A stretch of DNA of 64,000 bases from Geosiphon pyriformis uo1 (taxonomy: Eukaryota; Fungi; Glomeromycota), in NCBI GenBank assembly GCA_016748015.1, contig JAAOMT010000096.1, positions 329,087 to 393,086 of the forward strand, written 5' to 3'. The notes below the pieces were generated by a model. It ran no database searches. It was not told where the DNA came from and was given only the letters and a program-made list of their open reading frames with translations. The translations under genes and the position numbers were made by a program. Below are positions 11,802-25,310 of the stretch, piece after piece. Position 1 is the first letter of the stretch; each line of letters opens with the position of its first letter.

Positions 11802-12742
11802 TGTTACCAGAGATTTTTAGTCTCTTTTTTTGAATGTTGTTAATGTTTGTTTGTTGTAAATTTATGTTTTCTAAAAGTAGTTGAACCTCTAATAACTGAA
11901 TTTATCTTTAAATTATCTTCTATAATTTGAACTGCTGGGTTTATAAGTAGAATAACCAATTTTATGCCAGTTATTTTATGTAATTATATTGTTGTAAATA
12001 TCAACTTTTTTTCAAAAACTGTTTATCTGAAAGCTCACTAAAAAAATGTGTAGTTACTTTGCTGTGAGAGTCAACTTTTCTACAGAAATCTTGTCTGTAG
12101 ACTACCTTAATAATTATAATAAGAAAAAAAATACAAAAAAAATAAAATGTTGTTAAGAGAAACGTTTTCTATCCAGGCTTGGAGTCACTAACAGATTACT
12201 AAAATTGGTAGTTAATTAATTTCAAAATATTAGTTGTGTTAAGAAAATTTCAAGTGTAATAATTAAGAATTTGGATTTTTAAATGTTTTAATTTTTATTT
12301 AATTTGTAAAGATAATTCTAAGAAAAATAAATCTAAAGTAAAATATCTATAGTAAAATATATTTTCTTAAAAAGAGAAGCTCTTTTTTTATACAACTTGT
12401 TATAGTACTAGTCTTTAAACTTGTACTTTTCTCTTTGCTCTAATTTCGGCAAACTAAAAATATATTTTGGTAAACTACAAGTTATTTCTACAAATTATTG
12501 ATTATTTCGGCCAATTTTTGCTAATTTCGGCAAATTTTTAAATATAAAATGGTTCAGAATATCATGTAATTTAATCATTTTAATTTTTATAATACAAATC
12601 AAATTATTAATTAAATAATAATATTTGATAATTTGATTAAATAATAAGTGATAATTAAAATAATAATAATATATATTAATTAATAATAGAAATTATGAGG
12701 ATAATTTTATGTTAATTAATAGCTAAAATTCTACTGGTAACA
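11802..12742 (-). mobile_element. Solo LTR (same family as 47741-48712)
   Basis: Termini TGTTACCAG...CTGGTAACA. Reverse complement of 47741-48712 along its length. Flanks ATAT/ATGT fit a 4-bp TSD with one transition. Confidence 0.9.
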
Positions 12743-12874
12743 ATGTTATTATTACTTAATTAAAGAATATCAAATTATTTCTGCTTTATTAACACTTTAT
12801 GTTAATAAAAGTCAATACTTAATCACACTAAAACAATAGCTCTTGATCATGGCTATTGACAGAATATTAATTCT

Positions 12875-12876
<2 letters not shown>

Positions 12877-12928
<52 letters not shown>

Positions 12929-15900
12929 TTGTTTGTTAATTTACTAACTAATTAAAGAGATTAAGCACTGAATAATTGACGTTAAAGATAGCCTAATAAA
13001 AAACCCTAAAGGAAAGATATAAAGTTTAAAAAATTTACAAATAGCTTACCAGAAAGACATAACTGTTAGAATAAACTGGCCACTATATTGAAGAAAAAAT
13101 TTGATAGAATTGTGATTTCAGAAGGCTACTAATACAATTATTAAATCTCTGTTTATTATACAAAGAACTCAATTAAAATTTTCAAACAACTAAAACTTTC
13201 AGAATTACCAACAATACTAGCTATTGAGCACCAGTTACAGATTTGTTATTTATTCTAACCACTCAAATAATTATCTGTAACAACAGTATAACATCTTTAT
13301 AAAATAAAATCAAAGCACTATTAAAAAAAAGCTAGTTTAGCTGAAGTGAATTTTATTATTAAGATGCCAAAAATTAAATATCTTAATCATGTTAAACTTA
13401 CTATTAACATTTAATTTATGATATTATAATAAGATCTAAACTTTCAACCAACAAAATTAACCACATTGAACAAATTTCTAATAAAGTAATAAGTATTTCC
13501 AAAGACAAATCTGTTTATAACACTAAAAAAATGATATAGCATCCAAAGAGCCAAAATGAACTTAGAAGCAATAGCAATATTGGCATAAAAATCAGCTTGC
13601 TCATTTCTGAAAATACCAGAGTGGTTTTTAACTTTCTTTCAATCAAACTACAAATTTTTTTTAAAATAACTTGACAAATATGTTCTTTTTCAATTCAATA
13701 TTTACAGCAAAAATCAAGATCAGATTTTTTTTTGTTGAAATAACACATATTCAGTAATGTCTGGTTGTTTGTAAATAAGATAACAAAGCTAGAAGTAGGT
13801 ACACAATCCAAAATAAAAGTAATATCTTGTAATTTTACCAAAATTAATAAAAGCAAATTATTTACTCTAATTTTAATACTTATATTAATGTCTGAAAAGT
13901 AAGCAATAATACTTTTACAAGCATTAACCAAACCTAAATTTCCAACAGAGCTATTCATATAAATATTTACACTACTTAATTCAAAGTCCAGCAAATATTT
14001 TTTAATATAATTTAAATTACAAAAGCAGTTGGCAAAAATTAAATGAAAGATCAACACTCTATTATTAACCAACTTACTATTTTCAATAAACTTGGCCAGT
14101 AAATTGAACCAATTAGGAATTGAATTTTTAGGATCTAATTTCTTCTACTTGTAAAAAGTATTTCATATGAAGCATATGTTACAACAATCCAAAAGCTGAT
14201 TAATAAAAAATGATACCAAATTTCTTAAAAAATCTTATTATACTCATATAATCATTTAAGCTCAGCATATCCAAAACCACAATATGATCTTTAGCTTTAA
14301 AAAAATGCTGTTCAAAAACAGATTGCAAAATATGAGAGTGCATGTTACATTTGTTAAAAAACAATTTATAAAATTAATTAATAACTTGACCAAAAATCAT
14401 AGAAAGTGTTAAGATATTTAACTAGTGACCTGTAGATCCATAACTCTGTGCTCAAATAAATTGTTAAGAATTTCACTCATATTAATAAAATTAACCAAAT
14501 TAGCCAAAAAATTTTTTGTTAGCATTTGCTTAAATATTTTAAAACTATATAATATAAGATATCACTTTATTAAAAAAGTTTTTGAGAAAATTGGTCTTGA
14601 ATTTTAGTCTCTTTTTTAATATTTTGTCTTATCTTTTATACATGCTTTCTAAAGTCCAATCAAACTGTATTTTATAACTAATTATGGGCTGCAAAATAGC
14701 AGACACCAAATACAAAAATTGTTTTTCAATAATAGTTTTTCTTAAAATTACAATAAAAAAGAACTTAATATCAAAACAAGCTTTGATCAAGCTCAGTTTG
14801 GATAATTTATTAGATGACAAAAAAATCTCCAAATATTTATAAGACTTATTTTTCTTAGCCACCAAAATTTTTGACTTACTAATATACAGTACAGATTTTT
14901 TTATCCCCTAATTAATAAAAATGACAACTGTTTTATCAGTATTAATTAAAATATTATTAATAAAAAAAATTTACTTACAATATTTAAAATCTGCTAAGTT
15001 GCTGTTATGCAATTTTCAATCCAAATAGTATTATCAACAAAGACATTTACAGCAAGAAAAAAAGATTTGCTATCTCTAAGATTAATTCTATTAATCTTAG
15101 TAAAAATTTTTGAACTTATTCTGTAACTACATAATTATTTTTGTTTCTTGATCTTATAAAGCAAAGAATCATAAAAAATCTTTTACAACAAAGATAAAAA
15201 AACTTCTTCTTAATCAAGTTTATTGTAAATTACATATATATTTGAAAGTCTAAAATCTATTATAATTTAATTAATCTAATTATTGTGAATATTCTTAAAA
15301 AACTTAATAAACTGTTTATACATCTTAATTTTAATTAAACTATTTTACAAAAAATGCCAACCAACTAAATCATAAGTCTTGTAAAACCAGCTATAATTTT
15401 TTATTTTTTTTCAAAACATTTTTAATTATAGAGCCTATAGCCAAAATTGAAATTTGTATTAAAGTATTTTTTAATACTAAAAAATTGTTCTTACAAAACA
15501 CATTAAATCTGCTGTAAATGAAAGAAATCCAATTAGAAAAAATTTTGAACAAAATTTTTTTTGCCATTTTAATTAAAACAATAGATTAAGTATTCATTAA
15601 TACTCTCTTTCATTCATATAACTTAAATATTATTGAAATCTAAACATGTTTTTACAACACAGAAATTTTACCTAAAGACAAACAAAAAATTAGCAGATCC
15701 AAAAAACACCTTATAATATTCTTTTTATAATGTTTTTACAACTTATTAAATATACTATTAAAACAAACAGCTTTCTCATCTGGTAATTTTCTAATCACTT
15801 GAACCAGTTTTTTAAACTTTATACTATTTATTATATTTGAAAAAACATGATTATTTACATATTTTAAAGAAGTATACTGACTTGTTCAAACTCCAGAAAT

Positions 15901-18900
15901 AAATTCTGAAATTTTATATTTTCTGGTTTAGTTTTTTATTATCTTATTTACTTTGGCTCTAACTTTATTAGATTCTAAAATCAATTTCTTATTAACTACC
16001 AAGTAATCTAAAACTACATTGCAAAAAAAAATTTTTATCATATTCTTAATTATGTAGTTCTTATCTATACAGAAATTTTTTATTTTTTTTTTAATTGCAG
16101 TATTAATAGCTGTAATTTTAGCAACTTTTAACTCATACAGCTTGAATTTGTGATATTTTTTTTAATTTTGGACAAATAACAAAATATTTTAGTTAGTTTT
16201 ATATTATTTTAAACTAAATATTAAACTTTTAAAGTTTTACTATAATCTGTAACCAACTAGATCTGTATAAGATAATCTAATCTTATTTTGTCTCCAATGC
16301 TTAAAGCTTTGGCTATTTTGGCAACCAATAACTTTAACTTGTAAAATCTTAATAATTGTTTATTAGAAAAGCATTTTTTCTTATTATATTAAAATTTAAA
16401 GAACATTTTATCTGTTAAATCAATTATTATATTCTGCAAGATTTTTTATATTGTGTTTAAGTTGCTTTTACTATTAGCATTATTAAACTCAACTTTTATC
16501 AGAAAAAATAGAAAAAATAAGTAATTTTTGAAACTAGTCCACTTAAATTTACTTATATTTTTAATTCTGAATTTTCAACAATTCTCATTAGTCTGTTTTC
16601 AAACAACACTTATTTGCACATCAAGTAAACTACTTAATCCAACTGAGAACAAAACAGCTTTGTAGTCTGTGTTAAAAAACTTTGAAACATTATTAACTAT
16701 CTGCTTAACTAATATCAATAAAAAATTCTTATTTACAAATAAATAATTAATAACTTTTGTAGCTTCTCTTAAGTTGTTTCATATGGGTATTTTAAGTGAA
16801 AACTGACCCCTAAAAATATAAATTAGACTTAAACTCAAACACAATCTATGACTTAAATTCTTTTCAGAACTATTTTCATTAAAATCTCCATTTATAATCA
16901 CAAAGAACTAAAATTTACAGTTTTAGCAATAAGTGCATTTATTTTCACTGCTTGTTCAGCTTATGCTACTACAGATATACATATATATAAGTTTTCAACA
17001 GTTACTAAAAATCTGTTCTTAAAAATTAGATGAACTGAAATTAAACAGTCTGGAACTTTTTTGATTTTAGACATATAACAAGCCAAAGAGACATTTATAA
17101 TTACAGCCATATTAGCATTTGAAAAATTTTTATCCAATCTAAAAGTGAAAATCTCAAACCTAATAAATTTGTTTATTATCTAAAGCCTGTAGTTAAATTT
17201 TAACTTTATTTCTGTAATAATTAAAATTAAGTATTTTTTATTTATATGTCAACAAACAATATTTTTTTGTTTAACAAAAACATTAATACTCAAATATTAC
17301 ACATAGTAATCTTCTAAATCAGATCAATTATTAAAATAAATAGGAGTCTAAACTCAAAATTACATTATTTATTTTGGCCTAAAAATGCAAAATCATATTT
17401 AATAGACTTTTTAACCTATTTTCTAACTTAAAAATTACCAAAAAATCCAAAGATACTATTCTTGTAACTGTTTTACTATTAGTAATTACATCTAAACTCT
17501 CTTTTATTACTATGTTTATCTCTTGATTTTGTAATAATAAAGTTATTAATGACTAATATTTAAGGTTAAACTAAAAATTTATTGGTCTAAATATGTTCAA
17601 TCTCTTAGTTAACTTACTAACTTGTTTTACAAAACTAATAAGACTATACTCAAGAATTTTAAATCTAATATTCTATTTATCAAACATAAGTAGAATAGGC
17701 TTTATCTTTAAAGAAGAGCCAAAATTTACAGAGCTACTTTGCATAAAAAAAGAAAAAAAGAAGAATTTACCAACTATTTTAGCCTAAAAAATGCTGTCAA
17801 AGAAGACAAATTAAGTAATAGATGCTAAATATCTAACATAAATGGTTATTAGTCTGCTTTTATTTATTTTTGATAAGCTTTTATAAGTTAATTTACCAGA
17901 AGATATTTTTCTATTTATAGTACAATTTAATAATATATAATCTAAATTTTTATACTTTATATATTTAACCAAATTTAAATAAGATCAATACAAATTAATA
18001 TCTTTTAACATTAACATAAATTCCATAATAGCATCTAATAATTCAGTATAATTAAAACAGATTACTATATACTTAGTTTAAATATACATAATTAGATAAC
18101 AATTTATAATACATATCTTTTTATTTACAAAACCAATAAAATCCTAAATATTACGAGCATTTGTTTTTACTAATAATATGTAAAACAGTGTCTTATACTT
18201 GTTTCTTGCATTCCAAGATTTTTTGTTAATATTAGTCTTAACTATATACACTGTATTTTTTCAATTAAGACAAACCATATTGCTGTAACTAAATTAGCAT
18301 AATTTAAATAACCAAATTCAATTATAGTTTTTTGCCATAGTTTAACCAATTGTATTTTGATTAATTTGATCTTTCTAAATTCGAAAAATACAGTACATTT
18401 AACATTAGCCAACATTCTAATTAAGATTTCTTTAATTATTATAGTCTAATCTACACATTATTATTAATTTTTAAAATTGGTGTTCACAATAATGTTCCTA
18501 GTTTTTGTCAATTATGTTACCTATACCAAGTTAAATTCAAAAATAAATGTTATTCTGATAATTTCAACAAATTTTAAGAGAATAGACACCTTCTTAAAAT
18601 TATTAATTTTTGAAAATAACTTTTTGATTATTAAAAACTTGTTCTGAAAAAAATTTCTAACAAAATTATTCAAATTAATATTCAAAGCAAATAATTTTCT
18701 AACAGAAACATTGACCAAATTTTTGATAAAAAGAAGAAAATTTGGTAATATATCTAATAAAATGTCCTCATTTCCATCACTTAAGAAATTGATTTTCCTC
18801 AAAAGTGTTTTCAATGCTTTTTTGGTTTTAATTTATGGACTTTTTAGTGTTTAATTGGATTTATTTTCAATAGAAGCATTGTTTTTACCATAATTAACAC

Positions 18901-19250
18901 TAAATTTCTCTATTAAACATTTTTTTTCCATATTAATACTGTTGGATTTAGTAATATTATTAGTTTTAAAGCTTCAAGAGTGACCACTCAATATTTTAGC
19001 AAAAATTATCTTGTTTTCAATATTGTTTTTTAATGTATCATCTTTTTTTTTAAAAAAAAAAACTTGTTTGCTATCACAGTTAAGACCAGAATTCTTGACA
19101 GACTTTTTCATAACAGCAACACTAAAACCAATGATAATCTCGTAATTGAGCAGAAAAAGTTTAAATTTATCATATTGAATGATTAAAAAAACTTCTTTTC
19201 AATAAATGTACTGTTTGGTGAGTTTTTAAATGTAAGAAAAAAAGAAGTTT
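12877..19250 (-). mobile_element. Near full-length, heavily degenerate LINE (copy D)
   Basis: 51-nt T run at 12877-12927. RNase H remnant in ORF 13695-14072. ORF 14629-14865 (KYLEIFLSS...KQFLYLVSAILQPIISY) is homologous to copy B ORF2. APE start near 17325. ORF1 remnant at 18521-18814. Both ends are approximate. Confidence 0.85.
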
Positions 19251-19985
19251 TATTGTTAATATCAATAAAGTTTAATATTATAATTAGTACGATTATAACA
19301 GAATTAATAAAAATATTTAAAAAATCAAAAAAATACACTTATTTTTTTTTAAAAAAAGATGCTTTTTTGTTATTTTTGTTTTTTAATTATTTAAACAAAA
19401 ACAAAAAAAGTTGATAATAAAAAATAATAGTTTAGTCATTGATTTATAATTAAAAACACTGAAATTTTTTGCAGTAATAATAATTATACTAAGATTGTTT
19501 TTGGTATATTATTTAACTGTTTTTACAGTTAAGAAGGCTTTACAAATGATTATATTATCAAAAACTATTAAAAAAATAATTGTTGTTGTTTTTTTTACTT
19601 TTTGTTTTGAATATGATAATAAAAATACAAAAAAAAGAGTATTAATTTTTGAACTAAAAACTACAAAGTTATATTAAATCAAATAAGAATCTTTGGATAA
19701 ACAGTTAGATTTTATAATAATTGTAATTTACCTATAAGTAATTAAAAAAATTTGACAATAATTTTTATAGTAATTGCTAATCAAATTTATTTTTATGATT
19801 ATAATTTGAAAGTAAGTTGTTAAATTTTTTAATAAAAAAACACACAAATCATTTAATATTTGAAATAAAATGATAAATTATTTTTATAAATTTATAAAAC
19901 AATATTATGAATCTAAAATATTACATTTATAATATAGTTTTTCACATGTGGAAAATAATTAATAATATAGATAATTTTTTTAGTA

Positions 19986-20032
19986 CAGTCACATAATATT
20001 ACATGCTTGGTAGCATGCTTAATCTGTAACTG
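19986..20032. mobile_element. Tiny (47 bp) TA-flanked palindromic element, Tc1/mariner-like micro-MITE
   Basis: TA-CAGTCACA...CATGCT-TGGT-AGCATG...TGTAACTG-TA: CAGT termini, TA on both sides, inner hairpin. Confidence 0.45.
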
Positions 20033-20468
20033 TATAAGAATATAATTATAAATCAAATTAAAATCATATAATTAGTTGGAACAAATGATAAAATCTCATT
20101 TATAAATACAATGCAAAAAAAATTTACATTTTGCAATAATAGCAAATATTTAATTTACACAATATATGACGAACTTGTGAAATTCAAAAAACTGGAAAAA
20201 AATCAATTAATCAATTAATTATTATTAAATATTAATTTACTTATTTTTTTTTAATTTTAAACATTATTTATTTTTACTTTAAGCTATCAAGTAACTTGAA
20301 AAATATTAACTGATTAAAACGAAATAAGTAAATTTATTTTAAAAATAAAAATAAATGTGCAAAATAATAATTTTAAATTGGTGTGTAATTATGAATGAAA
20401 TTTTTTTTTTAATATCAATAATTTAAGCAATAAACAAATGAATTAATTTCACAATTTTTATTAAAATA

Positions 20469-21517
20469 CAGTCAGTAGACAAAATTGCATCTAATATGAT
20501 ATTTATTTTATGGATCTTAATTTTAATAATTTGTTGGTCAACCATTATTAATAATATATGCTTTTATTCGGCATAGTATACTTTCAATTAAAACTTTATG
20601 TGTATTAGAAGAAATTTTAACACATTTTCTTGTAATGCAATAATTACAAGTTTTCGTGTTGCTTGGTAATGGTTTTCAAATACGAATAAGTTTTTCAAGT
20701 TCATTCCATAAGTGCTCGATCAGGAGATTGGGATGCCCGGTTGGAAAGGACCTTGATTTTTTTTTCATTAGTCCATCCTTTGTCATAAGTATTGGAGCAT
20801 TATCATTCTGAAATGATGACAATAAGGTTTCTTCAAGAATGTTAATATAATCATTTTACCCTCAATTATAACCAATGGACCTAGTCCTTTTTCCTGAAAA
20901 GCAACTCCATTTCATTACTCCATTGCCACCATATTTCATGACGTTCACCAGAAAATTGCCAAATACGCTACACCATTAGAACGAAAAATAATAAATCGAA
21001 ATTCATCACTCTATATAAAAGTTTGTAATTTTTTTATAAACCAATTACGCCCATTCCAATCGTTTCTGATGTTGAATTTCATTTAAAAGAGGCTTAGTTC
21101 TTGTTAATATATAAATGCCACTAATTCTTTCAAAACATTGTTGAAATTCGAAAGCAGTATTACGCGGATTACTTTATACGATTTCTTCAAGTTGATGGCG
21201 TGTATTAAGAAGAAAGTCCACTTTGTAAAAAGAATTCATTGCATTGCCCGTTTTTAAATAATCTTGAATTGTATCATTAATTGTTGATTTTGGAATGTTG
21301 AGAATTTGACTAATTTTTTGCGGAGTAAAACCGCTTTTCCATAAACCAATAATTTCGCCACATTCAAAGTAAGTTTTTTTCTTTTGGTAGTTTTATTCAT
21401 TTTATTTATGTTTATATCAACAAAAAATTATGTTTAATTATATAGTATACATATATCATATGCATCGGCTAATTAGATTTATCATAATTATATTGGATGC
21501 AATCTTGTTGCTAATTA
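20469..21517 (-). mobile_element. Decayed Tc1/mariner DNA transposon (DDxE transposase pseudogene, about 20560-21400)
   Basis: Imperfect ~30-bp TIRs: TA-CAGTCAGTAGACAAAATTGCATCTAATATGAT and ATTATATTGGATGCAATCTTGTTGCTAATTA. Minus strand reads MNKTTKRKK..ECGEIIGLWKSG..ISQILNIPKSTI (HTH), I*SDE, VMKWSCFSGKGLGPL, FQNDNAP, SQSPD..IEHLWNELEK, with frameshifts. Confidence 0.85.
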
Positions 21518-21989
21518 CAAACTAGAAACCATAAATTACTTTTAATAATTGCAACTTACACACACTTTTTACCCTGAATTTATTATTTAAACAGATTTTG
21601 ATGTTAATTACATATTATAAATTTAATTAATATCAATTAAATCATTTATTTTCAATTGATGGTAAAATACCAATATCTTAAATAACACAATGTATTAATA
21701 ACAGACTTTATTTTTAAATAAGTAAATCTTTTGTGAATTTTAATTTAAATCTGAATTTGCGAATTATATATATTTTGTCATGCCTATTCTAATTGTTGAT
21801 TTTAATTTGTGTAAACCGATCCCTCGATTGTGTTCAGCGGGTTATAGTGACACCAGTTCAAAGACTGAAATCACTGTGATCGTCCAGTATTAAATAGGAA
21901 CTGTACAAATGTAAATAATCTTAATATTGTGTAAAAACTTTATCAAGTAAATTGGGAAGAATCGAGGAATTGGTATATAACCTGGTAAA

Positions 21990-24314
21990 AACATGTCACG
22001 ATCAATTTATCCATGATCCTGCAAAGAAACCACAAATTCAAAAATGAAATGCAACTCGCAACACAAATCTTTCACGTCGAGGTTTATATTTGTCAACTAT
22101 CAGGTTTGATGACCTTTGACTGTCGCCACCAGTATCCCACCGAAACACATTGACCTGCGCAATGGTTATTATCATATCATCATGACCACCGCAAAGCAGG
22201 ATTGCATCGATTACAAAGATAAATTCCCTAATGAATGTACCAGTCATTAGAATCTTCAATAATCGGATCTCCAATTTCTGTTGCTTCAATCGCAGTACAT
22301 TTTCGAACCTCGCCTCTCTGTTTCAGAGAACGAGTTTACTTAATAATAAACTCCAAACATCGACTTTTGCAAGATGTAACATAATTGACTCAAATAATTT
22401 TCTATAGAGATTAAATTTCCTGATCTTAAGCAACCCTGAGAAATCTTTCACAATTCACTATTAATCATCGTTTCGGTAACTTAGCAGAGAACCTTTGGAC
22501 CCCTTTCTTCTCCAGTTAGATCACTCAATCGGTAACTTCAATCAATGCTACTGAAACATTTGGGGCTTTGCCTCATACTATTCAAATTCCGCAAAGTTTT
22601 CAATAAAACAGGTTTTTCAATGATGAACATAGCATTGCCAGTAGTAAATTATCGGTGTTTTAAGCGGGCTGACCAAGGCTATGTGGGTATCATCGTTCGC
22701 TGCATATAATATATCTTCGAGAATCTAGGTGTTATTACGGATCTACATTTCTTGCATTTTCTTTAAGGGTCGATGATTCATTTCCCCGAGTTTTTTACGT
22801 ACTGCTAGCGAAACCGTGATTTTACGTTAATTTAAGCAGGACGAAATTCGTCATTAACTTTTACTCATAAGTTCACCAACTACAAGTGCCATACAGAGAA
22901 CAAAATTTTTTTGGTGGGAGCGAGTCAGTAATAACAACCCTTGCAGTGTGGACTAACTTTTCTGTAAAGTCATCCCTTGGTTCAGATTAGCACCTTTAAG
23001 GCAAATAATGTTTATGGCTCCAAAGACTACGATCCCATAAACGTCTACCGTCCGAAAGATGTCTTGGAGGAAGGGATGGTATATGCATGTCATACAAAGC
23101 CGAATTCGGATTTAACCAGAACATATATTCACAACTATCTCCGTTTGGTGACTAGCCATTTTATATCGATGGTAATTCGATAATGACACCCGAACGCGCT
23201 ACAATGGAACAATCTGAACCAGTTGCTAAAGCACTGTTTATTATTGTTTTTCTCCCAACTCCTTATACCTCTCTTGCTAATTAAGGATAAGCAATTTTCT
23301 CTTAAAACTTGCAAAAAGGTGAATGGTTTGTTCTTCTATCGCGTCTCTACTGCTTTGAATCCATTAAAGTTTTTGACAATTTTTTACGAGAAATCTTGCT
23401 TTCTAGGAACCCGTCAGTAAGGTCCAGGACAAGGCGCTTAAGAAGAGTGAGAAAGTCACCAAAGACCAGTGTTTCGAAACTTTCGTAATTGAACTGGTCA
23501 AAAAAATCAGCTGGGAAATTTTTCCATAGTGGACGAGGATGAACTTTTAGGGTTAGTTAATCAATTACAAAATTTTCTTGTTAAGGACATTAATTCGGAT
23601 TAACGAAATCCTGAAATCGCTCAAGACTAAAGACGATGTGGCTTCAGCTGCGTCGGTATCAAAGCAAAGTAGCGGCTCGATGACTTTGAATGAAAATTTC
23701 AACTTCAAAATGTTATAAACCTTAAAACGATATCAAGGGAGACAACGACATCAAATATATGATGGCATTTAACACACCCGATCCCTTTATCCTGTTCTCG
23801 TCGTACAAGAGAAGCTGTGATGGCATGCTAAAGTTAACTATTGCCTAGATGAATATGTTTGTCACAACTGATTTGTCGCGTATGCGGCAAAGAGTAATGT
23901 GTTCGAATTATGCATGCAAGTATTCCGAAGTTCTCAAGTCCTTGATTTCGCTACACAAAGACTCTATGATGGCAGTGGAGTATCTGAGCGATAGCATTGT
24001 CGAATAAAAGTTCTTAAAAATCCAGCCCAACACGCAAGAGTGACTGTTGTTTGTGGTTGACGACTTTCAAATTTATTATAGCATATCGGCCGCTGACTCT
24101 GTTGAAATTCTTCAATGGAAAAAGAGACTATTATAGTGACAAAAAACCTTACGAGATTGAAGAGAAACTTAGACCTAGTTACTTTATTTATCGACGCGAC
24201 CAGGGCTGAGATCGAAGAATATGAAAAAAGAGCGTCCGTGACTCCTATTTGCATAACCCCAACTCTGTTGCACAAACATTATAGGATGATCAGGAGAACT
24301 TCTTTATTTGGTGA
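21990..24314 (+). pseudogene. Unidentified decayed coding-like sequence
   Basis: Higher GC, CpG retained, protein-like stretches in shifting frames (for example 22977-23183 and 24081-24314). No intact ORF or recognisable family. Confidence 0.35.
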
Positions 24315-25310
24315 CCTTTTCTCAATTGAGACGTGTTTTATTATTTTTTTCATAAGATTAAATTTAAAAAAATTTTTTATATTGATTTTTAATTTATTTA
24401 AAAGTTAATTGTGCTGATTCTTAATTATTTTTATTACACTGCAGTCTTATTAATTTTTTGAAATTGAAAATAATAAAGCTTTAATAAAAATAATAAATTT
24501 AACCAATAAGAAGGTAATAAATTTATGAAAGTTGAATGAGTCCTTCAGAGAGCCTGTTCACTCATTCTTTAATAGGATGAATTCTTTTTTAAAAGATTTG
24601 TTAGTCATGTCAGACATAGTTCTCGCCGACAATGGAGAGATCTGCCTCGAACTTAAAGGATAGCATTGCATGGAGTCGAGTGCATTTTGCAGCATTATTG
24701 AGCATTGATTATGCTATTGTCCCCCGATGAACAATGCAGGAACAATATAGTGGTTCAGAAAGCGTGGCTGGAAAATTATACACACATTGTCAACGAACTC
24801 ACAGATTCTAAATTAATTAAAGCAAATACATAACAGATAAATAAATGGACCAGCCCTTTTTTAATATACTATTCGAAAAGGCTAGACGCAGGACTTGATA
24901 GAGATTATCGGGGATAACATCAGATCTTTCAAGGAGAAAAACAAAACAAAACAAAACAAAAAAAAAACAAAAACAAACGAAATGTATTGTCACAATGAAA
25001 AAAGATATTTTTACGGCGCGAAGCACCGAAAAACAAGGAGAAATTTTTACAAGATGAAAAGAATCTAAGGGGTTTTGGTGTCTATGCCAGAATTCGTATT
25101 GAAATGAGTAACCTTGCGAAACTCTAAAAAATTTAATAAAAGTGGGTGCTCGTCGTCAACGAGAGCTTGCTGTTTGTAATTACATTTTTAATTGGATGGG
25201 TGTGGTGATGGCCATCCGAATTGATTGTTTTACTCAAACTGAGGTTTTGCTGTTCGACCTGGACATAATAATATATTAAATTTTCTCATATCCGAAGTAA
25301 AGGAGAAACT

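Noticed and set aside
22146-22185. RT-like motif HIDLRNGYYHIIM
   Set aside because: It resembles Gypsy IDLxxGYxQI, but the flanking RT motifs (KTAF, PFGL, YxDD) are absent; probably chance.
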